Shown here: positions 44,855 through 58,321 of the stretch, in pieces
Position numbering within the stretch: position 1 is the stretch's first letter
Layout of the letters: each line of letters starts with the position of its first letter
NCBI GenBank assembly: GCA_022825065.1
Contig: JAJDYR010000037.1
Location: forward strand, 7,805-71,804
Direction: 5' to 3'
Length of the DNA: 64,000 bases
Origin: a bacterium
GTDB taxonomy: Bacteria; UBA8248
The notes under the pieces: generated by a model
The model's database searches: none
What the model saw: the letters and a program-made list of their open reading frames with translations, nothing else
What the model was told of the DNA's origin: nothing
Made by a program: the position numbers and the translations under genes

Positions 44855-45844
44855 ATGCAGGAAAAAGCGGAAATCCGTAGCAAATACTGGTTGGCGGTGT
44901 TTTTGGTTGCGGCGTATACCATCCCGTTCGGTGTCGGTATTTATACGGACAACGTCTTCTTCGATCTCCAGTGGCTGGCGGACCTGACCACCGTCATCCT
45001 GAACGGCATCATGCAGGGTGGCGTATACGCCATGTTCGCCGTGGGGCTCACGCTCATCTTCGGCGTCATGCGCATCATCAACGTGGCGCATGGCGAGCTG
45101 GTGATGCTGGGCGCCTACCTGACCTGGATGTTCTTTTTCTACGTCGGAGTTGACCCGCTCCTCGCCCTGTTCATCACGCTCCCCATCGCTTTCTGCATCG
45201 GGCTCCTCATCCAGAAGCTGCTCTTGAACGCCGTGGTGGGCGGGCCGGAACTGACGCCCTTGCTGATAACTTTCGGCTTGGGGCTCACGATTATTCATAT
45301 CGTGGAAGCCATCTTCACCACGGATTACCGCACCATCCCCTACGCGCCCGACGCGTTCCAACTCACCGAGACCATCGCGGTGAGCAGGAGCAAGATCATC
45401 AGCTTCGTGATGGCCGCCTTTATATCCATCAGCGTCTTTGTTTTTCTGAAACTCCACCGTCTCGGCAAGGCGATACGCGCGACGGCGCAAAACGCGGACG
45501 TCGCCATGGTCTGCGGCATCAACATTTTCCATATCTACATGATCACCTCGGGACTGGCGGCGGCGCTTGCGGTGGCGGGCGGCGCGCTCGTGTCGATTCA
45601 GTTCGGCTTCAACCCGGAAACGGGCGTCTTGTATACGCTGCAGGCCTTCGCCATCATCGTGCTCGGAGGCAGGGGCCACTATATCGGTGCGCTCATCGGA
45701 GGGGTGATGCTCGCGGTCATCGAGAGCCTCATCTCCTTCATGATCCCCAACGGCACCGCCATGGTGGAAATTGCGTCCTACGGGATGATGGTTTTCGTGC
45801 TGCTGATCAGGCCTCGCGGCCTGATGGGGCCGAAAGAAAACTAG
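44855..45844 (+). CDS. livH: Branched-chain amino acid ABC transporter permease (LivH-like)
   Basis: Polytopic 329-aa protein, ...RIINVAHGELVMLGAY... Confidence 0.8.
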   Translation: MQEKAEIRSKYWLAVFLVAAYTIPFGVGIYTDNVFFDLQWLADLTTVILNGIMQGGVYAMFAVGLTLIFGVMRIINVAHGELVMLGAYLTWMFFFYVGVDPLLALFITLPIAFCIGLLIQKLLLNAVVGGPELTPLLITFGLGLTIIHIVEAIFTTDYRTIPYAPDAFQLTETIAVSRSKIISFVMAAFISISVFVFLKLHRLGKAIRATAQNADVAMVCGINIFHIYMITSGLAAALAVAGGALVSIQFGFNPETGVLYTLQAFAIIVLGGRGHYIGALIGGVMLAVIESLISFMIPNGTAMVEIASYGMMVFVLLIRPRGLMGPKEN

Positions 45845-45855
45845 GAGAGCTCTGA

Positions 45856-46794
45856 ATGGGCCAAAAAGAACACCTCCGCAATTTCGGAATGCTGGCCATA
45901 CTCATAATCATCCTGTGCGCGTTGCCATCGAATATCAATCTGTATCTGCGCTCTGTCATCATGTTCACGATGATGTACGTCGTTCTCTCCTTGAGCTGGA
46001 ACATCATCAGCGGCTACACGGGCTACGTATCTTTCGGCCATGTGATGTTCTACGGCATCGGCGCATACGCCACGGGCATTCTGGTGGTGGACTACGGCTG
46101 GCACTGGATCCCGACCCTTTTCGTGGGCGTGTTCGTCTCCTTCGTGGTCTCGTTGATAATCGGGTTTCCGGTTCTGCGCCTCAAGGGCCCGTATTTCGCC
46201 ATCGCCATGCTCGGCGCGGCGGAGGGCACGCGCGTGGTGGCCACGGTGTGGGAGGACCTCACCCACGGCGGCGAGGGAATCGGACTGCCCAATGTCGAAA
46301 ATTCCTTTGAAACGTATTTCGCCATGCTGGTGGTCATGCTGGCCACCATTGTCGTGTCCTATTGGGTGGGTCATTCGAGGTTCGGGATCCGCCTGAACGC
46401 CATACGCGAGGACGAAATCGCCGCGGAGAGCCTGGGCATCAACACTACGTTCTACAAGCTTTTCGCCTTCGCTCTTTCCGCCATTTTCCCGGCGGCGGCC
46501 GGCGGCATTCAGGCGTACAAGGTTCTCTACATCGACCCCGAAACCGAGTTCTTCATCCTTGTCACCATCTACATGAAGCTCTTCGCCATGTTCGGCGGCA
46601 AGGGAACGGTAATCGGGCCCATTCTGGGCACATTCATCTTGTATATCGTTCAGGAAATTACCTGGGTGAAATTCCCGACGGCTCACCTCATCGCCTTCGG
46701 CGTCTTCATCGTCCTCGTGGCCCGGTTCATGCCGCGCGGACTGATGGGATTCGCCATCGACAAAGGCTGGGCGCGCAAGGGAATGGTTCACTAG
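45856..46794 (+). CDS. livM: Branched-chain amino acid ABC transporter permease (LivM-like)
   Basis: 312 aa, polytopic, ...ISGYTGYVSFGHVMFYGIGAY... Confidence 0.8.
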   Translation: MGQKEHLRNFGMLAILIIILCALPSNINLYLRSVIMFTMMYVVLSLSWNIISGYTGYVSFGHVMFYGIGAYATGILVVDYGWHWIPTLFVGVFVSFVVSLIIGFPVLRLKGPYFAIAMLGAAEGTRVVATVWEDLTHGGEGIGLPNVENSFETYFAMLVVMLATIVVSYWVGHSRFGIRLNAIREDEIAAESLGINTTFYKLFAFALSAIFPAAAGGIQAYKVLYIDPETEFFILVTIYMKLFAMFGGKGTVIGPILGTFILYIVQEITWVKFPTAHLIAFGVFIVLVARFMPRGLMGFAIDKGWARKGMVH

Positions 46795-46815
46795 GAAACG
46801 GAGTAACACAAGAAA

Positions 46816-47541
46816 ATGGCTGAAGCTGAAATCGCTCTCGACATTCAGAACCTGAAAAAGTACTTCGGGGGCATCAAGGCTGTGGACGGGTGCACCTTTC
46901 AGGTGCCCAAGGGTCAGATATCGGGCCTCATCGGGCCGAACGGCTCCGGCAAGACCACCACGTTCAACCTGCTCACGGGCGTTCTCGAAGCAGACAGCGG
47001 CGATGTGTTCTACAACGGAGAGAACATCGTGGGCTTGAGGCCCTATGAAATCTTCAACAGGGGCATCAGCCGGACCTTCCAGATCACGCGCATCTACCGC
47101 GAGATGACCGTGTTCGAGAACATGCTCTCCGCATCGAGCATGAAGATACCCGTGCGCGAGGCGCGCGAGCGGGCGGAACAGTTGATGGAATTCGTCACGC
47201 TCACGAAACTTCGCGGCGAATACGGGGGCAACCTCTCCTACGGGCAGCAGAAACTCCTCGAATTCGCCCGCGCCCTGATGACGGACCCCGACCTCATCCT
47301 CCTCGATGAGCCCGCGGCCGGCGTCAACAGAACCCTGCTCAACAACCTGCTGGAACACATTCACCATCTGCAGGAAGACCAGGGGAAGACGGTTCTCATC
47401 GTCGAACACGACATGAACGTCATCATGAACCACTGCGAAAAGGTGTTCGTGCTCGACTACGGCGTGAAAATCGCCGAGGGTCTGCCCGAAGATATTCAAA
47501 AGAACGAAGACGTTATCGAAGCATATTTTGGACACAGATAA
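46816..47541 (+). CDS. livG: Branched-chain amino acid ABC transporter ATP-binding protein (LivG-like)
   Basis: Walker [10 protein letters not shown], signature [15 protein letters not shown], Walker B LILLDEP. Confidence 0.85.
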   Translation: MAEAEIALDIQNLKKYFGGIKAVDGCTFQVPKGQISGLIGPNGSGKTTTFNLLTGVLEADSGDVFYNGENIVGLRPYEIFNRGISRTFQITRIYREMTVFENMLSASSMKIPVREARERAEQLMEFVTLTKLRGEYGGNLSYGQQKLLEFARALMTDPDLILLDEPAAGVNRTLLNNLLEHIHHLQEDQGKTVLIVEHDMNVIMNHCEKVFVLDYGVKIAEGLPEDIQKNEDVIEAYFGHR

Positions 47542-48255
47542 ATGGCGCTATTGGAACTCAAGGACGTAAACGCGGCGTATGGCCGGATCCAGATTCTCCA
47601 CGACGTGTCGCTCCACGTGAACAAGGACGAGGTGGTGGCCGTCATCGGGCCGAACGGCGCGGGGAAATCCACGACCTTCAAGATCATCATGGGCTTCATC
47701 AACTATCTCGGCGGCGAGATCGAGTTCGAGGGGCAGAACATCGTGGGTTACCGACCCGACCAGATTCTGGGCCGCGGGCTGGGCTACGTGCCGCAGGGCC
47801 GCATCGTCTTCAACCAGATGACGGTCAAGGAAAATCTCGAGATGGGCGCCTACATCGAGCGCGATCAGAAGAAAATCGACGAGGCGATGGACTACGTCTT
47901 TACGCTGTTCCCGCGCCTCGGCGAGCGGCAGAAGCAGTTGGCGGGCACGATGAGCGGCGGCGAGCAGCAGATGCTTGCCATGGGCCGCGCCCTGATGACG
48001 AGGCCGACGATGATCATGCTCGATGAGCCGTCTTTGGGCTTGAGTCCCCGCTTCGTGACAGAAGTATTCGAGAAAATCGTGAGCCTCGCCAAGGAAGGGC
48101 TGACCATCATGCTCGTCGAGCAGAACGCCGCGCGCGCTCTCGAGATTTCAGACCGGGGCTACGTGCTGGAACTCGGCAGGAACCGCTATCAGGGCGGCGG
48201 CCACGAACTCCTGAACAACCAGGAAGTCAAGATGATGTATCTGGGCGGCGGCTAG
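47542..48255 (+). CDS. livF: Branched-chain amino acid ABC transporter ATP-binding protein (LivF-like)
   Basis: Walker A GPNGAGKST, signature MSGGEQQMLAMGRAL, Walker B IMLDEP. Confidence 0.85.
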   Translation: MALLELKDVNAAYGRIQILHDVSLHVNKDEVVAVIGPNGAGKSTTFKIIMGFINYLGGEIEFEGQNIVGYRPDQILGRGLGYVPQGRIVFNQMTVKENLEMGAYIERDQKKIDEAMDYVFTLFPRLGERQKQLAGTMSGGEQQMLAMGRALMTRPTMIMLDEPSLGLSPRFVTEVFEKIVSLAKEGLTIMLVEQNAARALEISDRGYVLELGRNRYQGGGHELLNNQEVKMMYLGGG

Positions 48256-48364
48256 CGCCCTCTCATCCCCCGGCAGTCGTATCCTCTCAAAGTCCAGGAC
48301 GCTCTCCGGCCTCTCCGTCCGGCGAAACCTCTCCGCCTGGTTATCCGTATCGCCCAAACGGCAT

Positions 48365-48590
48365 CCTTTTGGGGACTGTTGAAAAATCCCCTGAAAGAAA
48401 AACCCCATAAAGGCAACCCCCCCTACCCCCCCTTGTCAGGGGGGCAAGAAAAAACAAAAACCCCTGCTCCGGCGGCGGGTGCCGGTTTTTTTTACCCCCC
48501 TGACAAGGGGGGGTAGGGGGGGTTGGTTTTCATGCGAGCGGGATGCCCCTCCACCCCCTGAAAGGGGGCTTTTTCAACAGCCCCCTTTGC
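48365..48590. mobile_element. Composite nested MITE: family-3 inverted repeats (GGGGACTGTTGAAAAATCCCC ... GGGGGCTTTTTCAACAGCCCCC) enclosing a family-1 element (48409-48530)
   Basis: Outer TIRs at 48370-48396 and 48556-48590. The inner poly-C/G TIR element is homologous to 21611-21760. The family-3 motif is also seen at 14541-14580 and 26222-26250. Confidence 0.55.
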
Positions 48591-48652
48591 GCTAGGCTTG
48601 CGCTTCGACTCTGTGCTATAAATGCTTGCTCTGCCCGGGAGGATTTCGCGAC

Positions 48653-49303
48653 ATGATCCGCGTGAAGATTTGTGGGGTGACGACGGTTCAGGATGCGGAA
48701 TTCGCCCTGGAAGCGGGCGCTGACGCCCTGGGGCTGAATTTCGTTCCGGGCACTCCCCGGTGCCTGGAGGTGGCGCAGGCGAAGGCGATTGCCGAGGCGT
48801 TGCCCGCCTTCGGGACGCGGGTCGGCGTTTTCGTGAACGAACCCCCCGAGCGCGTGATGGAAATCGCGCGTCGCGTCGGTCTGGACGCGGCGCAGCTTCA
48901 TGGCGATGAGACGCCGGAGGATTGCCGCCGGCTGATCGAGCGGGGATTGCGCGTGATCCGGGCCTTAAGAGTCAAGGGGCCCGAAACGATAGCGCAGATA
49001 GACGCGTTTACCGGTTGCGCCATTTTACTGGACGCCTACGTGAAGGGCGCGCTCGGAGGCACGGGCGAGACTTTTGACTGGGGACTGGCGCAGCAGGCAG
49101 CCGTTACGAGGCCCATCATCCTCTCGGGTGGCCTTAAGCCCGAGAACGTGGGCGAAGCCGTGAGGAGTGTCCAGCCCTACGGCGTGGATTCGAGCAGCGG
49201 GGTGGAGGGCGCGGTTCCGGGCCGGAAAGACCCCGAGCGGACTTTAAGTTTCATCGAAAACGCGCGCGCGGCGGTATCCGAGTTAGAGGAAATGAAAAGA
49301 TGA
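48653..49303 (+). CDS. trpF: Phosphoribosylanthranilate isomerase
   Basis: [10 protein letters not shown]...[15 protein letters not shown]...ILSGGL; GGGAGG RBS upstream. Confidence 0.85.
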   Translation: MIRVKICGVTTVQDAEFALEAGADALGLNFVPGTPRCLEVAQAKAIAEALPAFGTRVGVFVNEPPERVMEIARRVGLDAAQLHGDETPEDCRRLIERGLRVIRALRVKGPETIAQIDAFTGCAILLDAYVKGALGGTGETFDWGLAQQAAVTRPIILSGGLKPENVGEAVRSVQPYGVDSSSGVEGAVPGRKDPERTLSFIENARAAVSELEEMKR

Positions 49304-50517
49304 GCGAAATGGTCTCCAGGGGAAGATTCGGTCGGTTCGGGGGGCGCTATGTCCCGGAAACCCTCATGCCCGCCCTCGAGGAACTCGAAGTTGCCTACCA
49401 GGAGGCCCGCAGCGACCCGGCGTATCACGAAGAACTCGCCTATTATCTGAGGGAATTCGTGGGCAGACCCACGCCGCTCTATCTGGCGGAGCGCCTCTCC
49501 GATCATCTGGGCGTGCTGAGGGTCTACCTCAAGCGTGAGGACCTCTGCCACACGGGCGCGCACAAAATAAACAACACGCTCGGCCAGGTCCTTCTGGCCA
49601 GGAGGCTGGGGAAAACGCGCATCATCGCGGAGACGGGGGCGGGCCAGCACGGGGTGGCCACCGCCACGGCCGCGGCGCTCTTCGGCCTGGATTGCGACAT
49701 TTACATGGGCGAGGAGGACATCGGCAGACAATCGCTCAACGTGTTCCGCATGCGCCTTCTGGGCGCGCGTGTGATTCCGGTCACCTCGGGCAGCAAGACC
49801 TTGAAGGACGCCACGAACGAGACGCTGCGCGACTGGACGGCATCGGTGCGAACGACCCACTACATCATCGGCTCGGTGGTTGGGCCGCATCCGTTCCCGG
49901 AGATGATACGCGAATGCCAGTCCGTCATCGGGCGCGAAGCGCGCGCGCAGATTCTGGAGGCCGAGGGCAGGCTCCCCGACGCCTGCGTGGCCTGCGTGGG
50001 AGGGGGCAGCAATTCCATCGGCCTGTTCCATCCCTTCGTGAATGACGAAGACGTCGAACTCATCGGCGTGGAAGCCGGGGGCCGGGGCCTGGACACCGAG
50101 GAGCACGGGGCGTCCCTGACCGCCGGCCGCGTGGGCGTTCTGCACGGCTGCGAGACGTTTTTGCTCTATGACGATGACGGCCAGATCATCCCCGCCCATT
50201 CGGTGTCCGCTGGTCTCGATTACCCCGGCGTGGGGCCCGAGCACGCCCATTTGAAGGATTCCGGGCGCGCGCGCTACGTGACGGTCGAAGACCACGACGC
50301 GCTCAAGGCGTTTCAGATGCTCTCCGTGCTGGAGGGCATTATTCCCGCGTTCGAGAGCGCCCACGCGATTTCCTGGCTGGACCGTCTGGCCGGGGAGACG
50401 AGAGAAGCGGGCGGGATGAAGACCGTGGTCCTTTGCCTCTCCGGCCGGGGGGACAAGGACGTGCATCAGGCGGAGGGGCTTTTGACGGAAATGCTCGATG
50501 ACGAGGAAGTGCGCTGA
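49300..50517 (+). CDS. trpB: Tryptophan synthase beta subunit
   Basis: PLP motif [22 protein letters not shown], plus GGGSNSIG. Confidence 0.9.
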   Translation: MSEMVSRGRFGRFGGRYVPETLMPALEELEVAYQEARSDPAYHEELAYYLREFVGRPTPLYLAERLSDHLGVLRVYLKREDLCHTGAHKINNTLGQVLLARRLGKTRIIAETGAGQHGVATATAAALFGLDCDIYMGEEDIGRQSLNVFRMRLLGARVIPVTSGSKTLKDATNETLRDWTASVRTTHYIIGSVVGPHPFPEMIRECQSVIGREARAQILEAEGRLPDACVACVGGGSNSIGLFHPFVNDEDVELIGVEAGGRGLDTEEHGASLTAGRVGVLHGCETFLLYDDDGQIIPAHSVSAGLDYPGVGPEHAHLKDSGRARYVTVEDHDALKAFQMLSVLEGIIPAFESAHAISWLDRLAGETREAGGMKTVVLCLSGRGDKDVHQAEGLLTEMLDDEEVR

Positions 50518-51335
50518 TGGGCGATAGACTGGAAACGTGTTTCGAGCGTTTGCGCACACAGGGCCGGTCCGGCCTTTTCCCGTTCGTCACCGCGGGCGAC
50601 CCGGACCTGGGCTTCACCCGTGAACTGCTGCCCCTCATGACCGAGGCGGGAGCGGATGGCTTCGAAATCGGGGTTCCCTTCAGCGATCCCCTGGCGGACG
50701 GCCCCACCATCCAGCGCTCGAGCATGCGCTCGCTCACGGGCGGGACCCGCCTGAGCGGCGTCCTGGAAATGGTGGGCGAGGTCCGCGCGGATATACCGGA
50801 TACGCCGCTGGTGCTGATGACGTATTACAACCCCATCATCGCCATGGGCCTGTCGGAATTCGTGCGCGGCGCATCGCAGGTGGGGGCCGACGCCGTCATC
50901 GTGCCCGACCTGCCGCCCGAAGAAGCGGGCGCTCTCCTCGGGATCATGAAAGATTACCCGCTCGAGCCCGTCTTCATGCTCGCGCCCACGAGCACGCAGG
51001 AACGCATCGAACTGGTGAACGACGTGGGCGGCGGCTTCATCTACTACGTCGGGCAGATGGGTGTCACCGGCGCGCGCGACGCCCTGGATTCGGATTTGGG
51101 CGCCACCCTGGGACGGATCAACCGGGTGAAGAACCGGCCCGTTCTCGTGGGGTTCGGCATCAAGACGCCCGAGCAGGCCGCGGAGGTGGCCGGGTACGCC
51201 GATGGCGTCATCGTGGGCAGCGCCCTGATAGACGTCATGGAGGCGGAAGCGTCGCGTGAGGACAAGATGCGCGCGGCTTGCGATTACATCGCCTCTTTGC
51301 GGGAAGGTCTCGATCGCTCAAAAACGGTTTCTTGA
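50517..51335 (+). CDS. trpA: Tryptophan synthase alpha subunit
   Basis: ...GADGFEIGVPFSDPLADGPTIQ..., ...GFGIKTPEQA... Confidence 0.85.
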   Translation: MGDRLETCFERLRTQGRSGLFPFVTAGDPDLGFTRELLPLMTEAGADGFEIGVPFSDPLADGPTIQRSSMRSLTGGTRLSGVLEMVGEVRADIPDTPLVLMTYYNPIIAMGLSEFVRGASQVGADAVIVPDLPPEEAGALLGIMKDYPLEPVFMLAPTSTQERIELVNDVGGGFIYYVGQMGVTGARDALDSDLGATLGRINRVKNRPVLVGFGIKTPEQAAEVAGYADGVIVGSALIDVMEAEASREDKMRAACDYIASLREGLDRSKTVS

Positions 51336-51390
51336 CATTCAATTTCAACATGACGCGTAAGAATCTGTAGATTATTTCGAGGGTAATGCC

Positions 51391-52803
51391 ATGTCGAAAA
51401 ACACGCTCTACGATAAGGTCTGGGATTCCCATACCGTGGCCAGACTCGATTCGGGCCAGGACCAGATATTCATCGGCCTGCACCTCATCCATGAGGTCAC
51501 TACGCCCCAGGCGTTCGGGATGCTCAAGGAAATCGGCGCCGGCGTCGCTTTCCCCGACCGCACGATGGGGACGGTGGACCACATCATCCCCACGCTGAGC
51601 CAGATAAGGCCCTACGAGGACGAGCAGGCCGAGAAGATGATGGCCGCCCTGGAGCAGAACGTGGACGAATTCGGCGTCCGCTTTCTGCACCTGGGTTCCG
51701 GCAAGCAGGGCATCGTCCACGTCATCGGGCCGGAGCTGGGACTCAGCCAGCCCGGCATGACCATCGCCTGCGGCGACAGCCACACGAGCACGCACGGCGC
51801 GATGGGCTCTCTGGGCTTCGGCATCGGCACGACCGAGGTGGGCCACGTCCTCGCGACGCAGACCCTGGCGCTGAACCGCCTGAAGGTGAAGCGAATCGAG
51901 GTCACGGGCGCTCTCGGCCCCGGTGTGACGCCCAAGGACGTGACCTTGCGGGTCATCCACGATCTGGGCATCAAGGGCGGCCTGGGCTTCGCCTATGAGT
52001 ACGGCGGCGACGTTTTCGACGCCATGTCGATGGAAGGGCGCATGACGGTCTGCAACATGAGCATCGAGGGCGGCGCCCGCATCGGCTATGTGAATCCGGA
52101 CGAGACGACGTTCGAATATCTCGAGGGCCGCGAGTTCAGCCCCGAGGGAGAAGCCTGGGAGAGGGGTCTCGCGTACTGGCGGGAGATCGCCTCGGGCGAT
52201 GATGCGGAATATGACGACGTCTACGAGATTGCGGGCGAGTCCATCGAGCCGATGGTCACCTGGGGCATCAACCCGGGGCATTCGGTCGGGATTTCCCAGC
52301 CCCTTCCCGAGGTGGACAGCTTCTCGGGCGAGGACAGGAAAACGGCGGAACACGGCTATGAATTCATGGACCTGAAGCCCGGCGAGGCGATATCGGGCAC
52401 GAAGGTCGACGTCGCCTTCCTGGGTTCCTGCACGAATTCGAGAATCTCAGACCTGCGCGAGGGCGCGCGCCTGATGAAGGGCAACAAGGTGCACCCGGGC
52501 GTCAGGATGCTGGTGGTGCCCGGCTCCCAGCAGGTGAAGCAGCAGGCCGAAGAAGAGGGGTTGCACGAAATTTTCACGGAAGCGGGTGCGGAGTGGCGCG
52601 AAGCGGGATGCTCGATGTGCCTGGGCATGAACCCGGATCAACTCGTGGGAGCGGAGAGAAGCATTTCCTCCTCGAACCGCAATTTCATCGGGCGTCAGGG
52701 CAGCCCGCGCGGAAGAACGCACCTGGGCAGTCCGGCCGTTGTCGCCTCCTCGGCGATTGCGGGCTGCATCGCGGACCCCAGAGAGATGGGAGAATCAGCA
52801 TGA
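51391..52803 (+). CDS. leuC: 3-isopropylmalate dehydratase large subunit
   Basis: Aconitase-family motifs with Fe-S ligand cysteines (...CGDSHT..., ...[12 protein letters not shown]..., ...GCSMCLGMN...). Confidence 0.9.
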   Translation: MSKNTLYDKVWDSHTVARLDSGQDQIFIGLHLIHEVTTPQAFGMLKEIGAGVAFPDRTMGTVDHIIPTLSQIRPYEDEQAEKMMAALEQNVDEFGVRFLHLGSGKQGIVHVIGPELGLSQPGMTIACGDSHTSTHGAMGSLGFGIGTTEVGHVLATQTLALNRLKVKRIEVTGALGPGVTPKDVTLRVIHDLGIKGGLGFAYEYGGDVFDAMSMEGRMTVCNMSIEGGARIGYVNPDETTFEYLEGREFSPEGEAWERGLAYWREIASGDDAEYDDVYEIAGESIEPMVTWGINPGHSVGISQPLPEVDSFSGEDRKTAEHGYEFMDLKPGEAISGTKVDVAFLGSCTNSRISDLREGARLMKGNKVHPGVRMLVVPGSQQVKQQAEEEGLHEIFTEAGAEWREAGCSMCLGMNPDQLVGAERSISSSNRNFIGRQGSPRGRTHLGSPAVVASSAIAGCIADPREMGESA

Positions 52804-53408
52804 GCACGAAAAGAATCGAAAAAATCGTGGGCAAGGCCATTCCCATACCCCGTGACGACATCGATACCGACAGGATCACGCCGGCGCGGTTCCTCAAGTC
52901 CATCACCTTCGAGGGCATCGAGAAGGCCCTGTTTTGCGATGAGCGCGAGAACACGCCCGATCATCCCGTCGACAACCCCGCTCACAAGGGGGCCAACATG
53001 ATGTTCGTGGGCAAGAACTTCGGTTCGGGCTCCTCGCGCGAGCACGCCCCGCAGGCGCTCAAGCGCTTCGGTATCGAGGTGCTCGTCGGGGTGTCGTTCG
53101 CCGAGATTTTTGCGGGAAACTGCTTCGCCATCGGCGTTCCGCTCGGCGTGGCCTCGGCGGATGACGTGAATGAGTTGATCAAGCAGGCGCAGGAAGAACC
53201 GGAGACGCGCTTCACCGTGGACATCCGGAATGCAACGGTCGGTTACGGCGACCGCGTGATTCCCATCGACATCCAGGAGACGCGCAAGGCCGCCTTTTTG
53301 GCCGGCACGTGGGACATGCTCGCCAATTTGCGGGCCAATCTGCCCCAGGTCGAGGAAGTAGCGCAAAGCCTGCCCTACGTCACGAATTTCGAGAGCGAAG
53401 CGGAATAA
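52800..53408 (+). CDS. leuD: 3-isopropylmalate dehydratase small subunit
   Basis: ATG overlaps the leuC stop (ATGA). Aconitase swivel-domain motifs ...[17 protein letters not shown]... Confidence 0.85.
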   Translation: MSTKRIEKIVGKAIPIPRDDIDTDRITPARFLKSITFEGIEKALFCDERENTPDHPVDNPAHKGANMMFVGKNFGSGSSREHAPQALKRFGIEVLVGVSFAEIFAGNCFAIGVPLGVASADDVNELIKQAQEEPETRFTVDIRNATVGYGDRVIPIDIQETRKAAFLAGTWDMLANLRANLPQVEEVAQSLPYVTNFESEAE

Positions 53409-53426
53409 GAAAGAGAGGAGCTTTCA

Positions 53427-54514
53427 GTGAGCAGTTACCAGATAGCCGTATTGCCGGGCGACGGCATCGGCCAGGAGGTGGTGGCGCAGGCGTGCTCCGC
53501 ACTTGAGGCGGCGGGCGCTCGCTTCGGCGCGGGATTCGAGTTCGAAGAAGGTCTTTGCGGCGGCGCGGCTTATGACGCGGCGGGAGAACCCCTGCCCGAA
53601 GAAACCCTCGCCCTCTGCCGCCGGAGCGACGCCGGGCTGTTCGGCGCCGTGGGAGGTCCCCGGTGGGATGAGCTGCCGCGCGACAAACGCCCCGAGCAGG
53701 CCATCCTGGGCTTGCGGAAAGAGCTGAACCTCTTCGCCAACCTGAGGCCCGCCGTCATGTTCGACCCGCTGGTGGAAGCCTCCTCCCTCAAGCCCGAAGT
53801 GGTGCGCGGCCTCGACATGCTCGTCGTGCGCGAGGGCGTGAGCGGCATATATTTCGGCCAGCCGAGGGGCATCGAGCGGCTCTCTCCCGATGAGGAAAAA
53901 GCGGTCGACACGATGACGTACACCACGGGCGAGATTCGCCAAATCGTCCGGCTCGCGTTCGAGTTGGCCTCCGTGCGCGGGAAAAAACTCTGCTCGGTGG
54001 ACAAGGAGAACGTTCTCGACAACAGCCGCCTGTGGCGAAGGGTCGCCGCGGACGTCGCCGGGGAATTCCCGGAAGTCGAAACCAGCCACATGTACGTCGA
54101 CAACGCGGCGATGCAGTTGATCCGCGATCCGCTGCAATTCGACGTCATCGTCACGGGCAACATGTTCGGCGACATCCTGAGCGACTGCGCCTCCATGCTC
54201 ACGGGCTCCATCGGCATGCTCGCCTCGGCGAACCTGAACGAGACGGGCTTCGGCCTCTACGAGCCTGTGCACGGCACCGCGCCCGACATCGCCGGCCAGG
54301 ACAAGGCGAACCCGATCGCGGCCATCATGTCGGCCGCCATGCTGTGCCGCTACTCGTTAAAGCGCGTGGACGTGGCCGAAGCCATCGAGGCGGCCGTCGC
54401 AGCAGCGCTCGATGAGGGTCTCAGGACGCCCGACATCCACACGCCGGGCGCTGTGGCTGTGGGTTGCGCCGAGATGGGCGCGCGCATCGCCGCCCTGGCA
54501 GGAGAGGGTTCGTG

Positions 54515-54515
<1 letters not shown>
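53427..54515 (+). CDS. leuB: 3-isopropylmalate dehydrogenase
   Basis: MSSYQIAVLPGDGIGQEV..., ...NMFGDILSD..., ...LYEPVHGTAPDIAGQ... Confidence 0.9.
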
Positions 54516-55525
<1,010 letters not shown>

Positions 55526-55545
55526 CGACGAACGAGGTTATATAA

Positions 55546-56399
55546 GTGTCTGATGCGAATATCGGCGTCATCGGCGGCAGCGGCCTCTACGAGATGGCGG
55601 AACTGGGCGATGTGGAGGAACGCGCGCTCAATACGCCCTACGGCGCGCCCTCGGCCCCCTACGTTCTGGGCACGCTCTCCGGCAAGCGGATGGCGTTTCT
55701 GCCCAGGCACGGACGCGGGCACGTACTTCTGCCGCATGAGATTCCCTTCCGGGCCAACATCCACGGGTTCAAGCAGTTGGGCGTGGAGTGGCTCATATCC
55801 GTCAGCGCGGTGGGCAGCCTGAAAGAAGATATCCATCCGGGCCACATCGTGATTCCCGACCAGTTCATCGACCTCACCAAGACGCGAATAGCCACGTTTT
55901 TCGGCGAAGGCGTCGTCGCCCACGTTTCCATGGCGGACCCGGTATGCGGGGTCTTGAGCGGGGTACTGATGGACGCGGCCCTCCGGGCGGGCGCGACGGC
56001 GCACGCGGGCGGGACGTACGTCTGCATGGAAGGTCCCCAGTTCAGCAGCCGGGCGGAGAGTTTCCGCTACCGCGACTGGGGCGCTTCGATCATCGGGATG
56101 ACGAACATGCCCGAGGCCAAGCTCGCGCGCGAGGCGGAGATGAGCTACGCCACCATCGCGCTGGCGACGGACTATGACTGCTGGCACGAGGAGGAAGAGG
56201 CGGTGAGCGTGGAGGCCGTGATCGCCCAGGTGATGAGCAACGCGGCCCTCGCGCAGGAGATCATCAAGGAAGCGGCGCCCGAGATCGACGGTGAGAGCCC
56301 CTTCGCAGGCTCTCTGGCGACGGCTCTCATGACCGACCCGGCCCGTATGCCGGGCGAGACGAAGGAACGCCTGCGTCATTTGATAGGAAAATACATAAC

Positions 56400-56403
<4 letters not shown>
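55546..56403 (+). CDS. mtnP: S-methyl-5'-thioadenosine phosphorylase
   Basis: PNP/MTAP family: [10 protein letters not shown]..., ...SVSAVGSL..., ...[16 protein letters not shown]... Confidence 0.8.
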
Positions 56404-57683
<1,280 letters not shown>

Positions 57684-57718
57684 CCGATGAGGCTCGCGCG
57701 CCTCGGAGTCTGAGCGCG

Positions 57719-58042
57719 ATGCGAAAAGCAGGACGATCATCCACCAAGGGCCAATCCCCGAAAGCCAGACTCTTCTTCTGGATGTGCGCGGGCGTCATCG
57801 TCTTGCTGCTCGGCACCGCCTTGCTGGGCCGGGACGGGTATCTCGCCGTCATCGTGAACAAGGAGCGCGTGTCCGAACTCCAAAAAGAGAACGCGGAAAT
57901 CGAGGCGAAGAACAAGGAGTTGCGCGCGGAGAGCCGCTCCTTGCGCTCCGATGAGCGCGCTATCGAGAAAATCGCGCGCGAAGACTTAGGATTAGTCAAG
58001 AAAGGGGAGGTCGTCTACGAGTTCATCCCATCGAAAAAGTGA
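57719..58042 (+). CDS. ftsB: Septum formation initiator (FtsB/DivIC family)
   Basis: N-terminal TM helix, then a coiled coil (ELQKENAEIEAKNKELRAE) and ...REDLGLVKKGEVVYEF. Confidence 0.7.
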   Translation: MRKAGRSSTKGQSPKARLFFWMCAGVIVLLLGTALLGRDGYLAVIVNKERVSELQKENAEIEAKNKELRAESRSLRSDERAIEKIAREDLGLVKKGEVVYEFIPSKK

Positions 58043-58148
58043 ATCATGATTTCCGGTTCCTCGATCCCGGGGGAGCCTCCTGGTAATTCTCAAAAAACCT
58101 CTCTCTCCTTGACAGAACGCCCGTGCGGGAGTAGATAACACATATTGA

Positions 58149-58225
<77 letters not shown>

Positions 58226-58321
58226 AGCGAATAACGGCCGCGGGCTTTCCGCGGCTTTTTACTTGCGGACGAATTACATGAAGTCATAAAGACATCATTT
58301 TCAAAAATGAAAGGAACAGGA

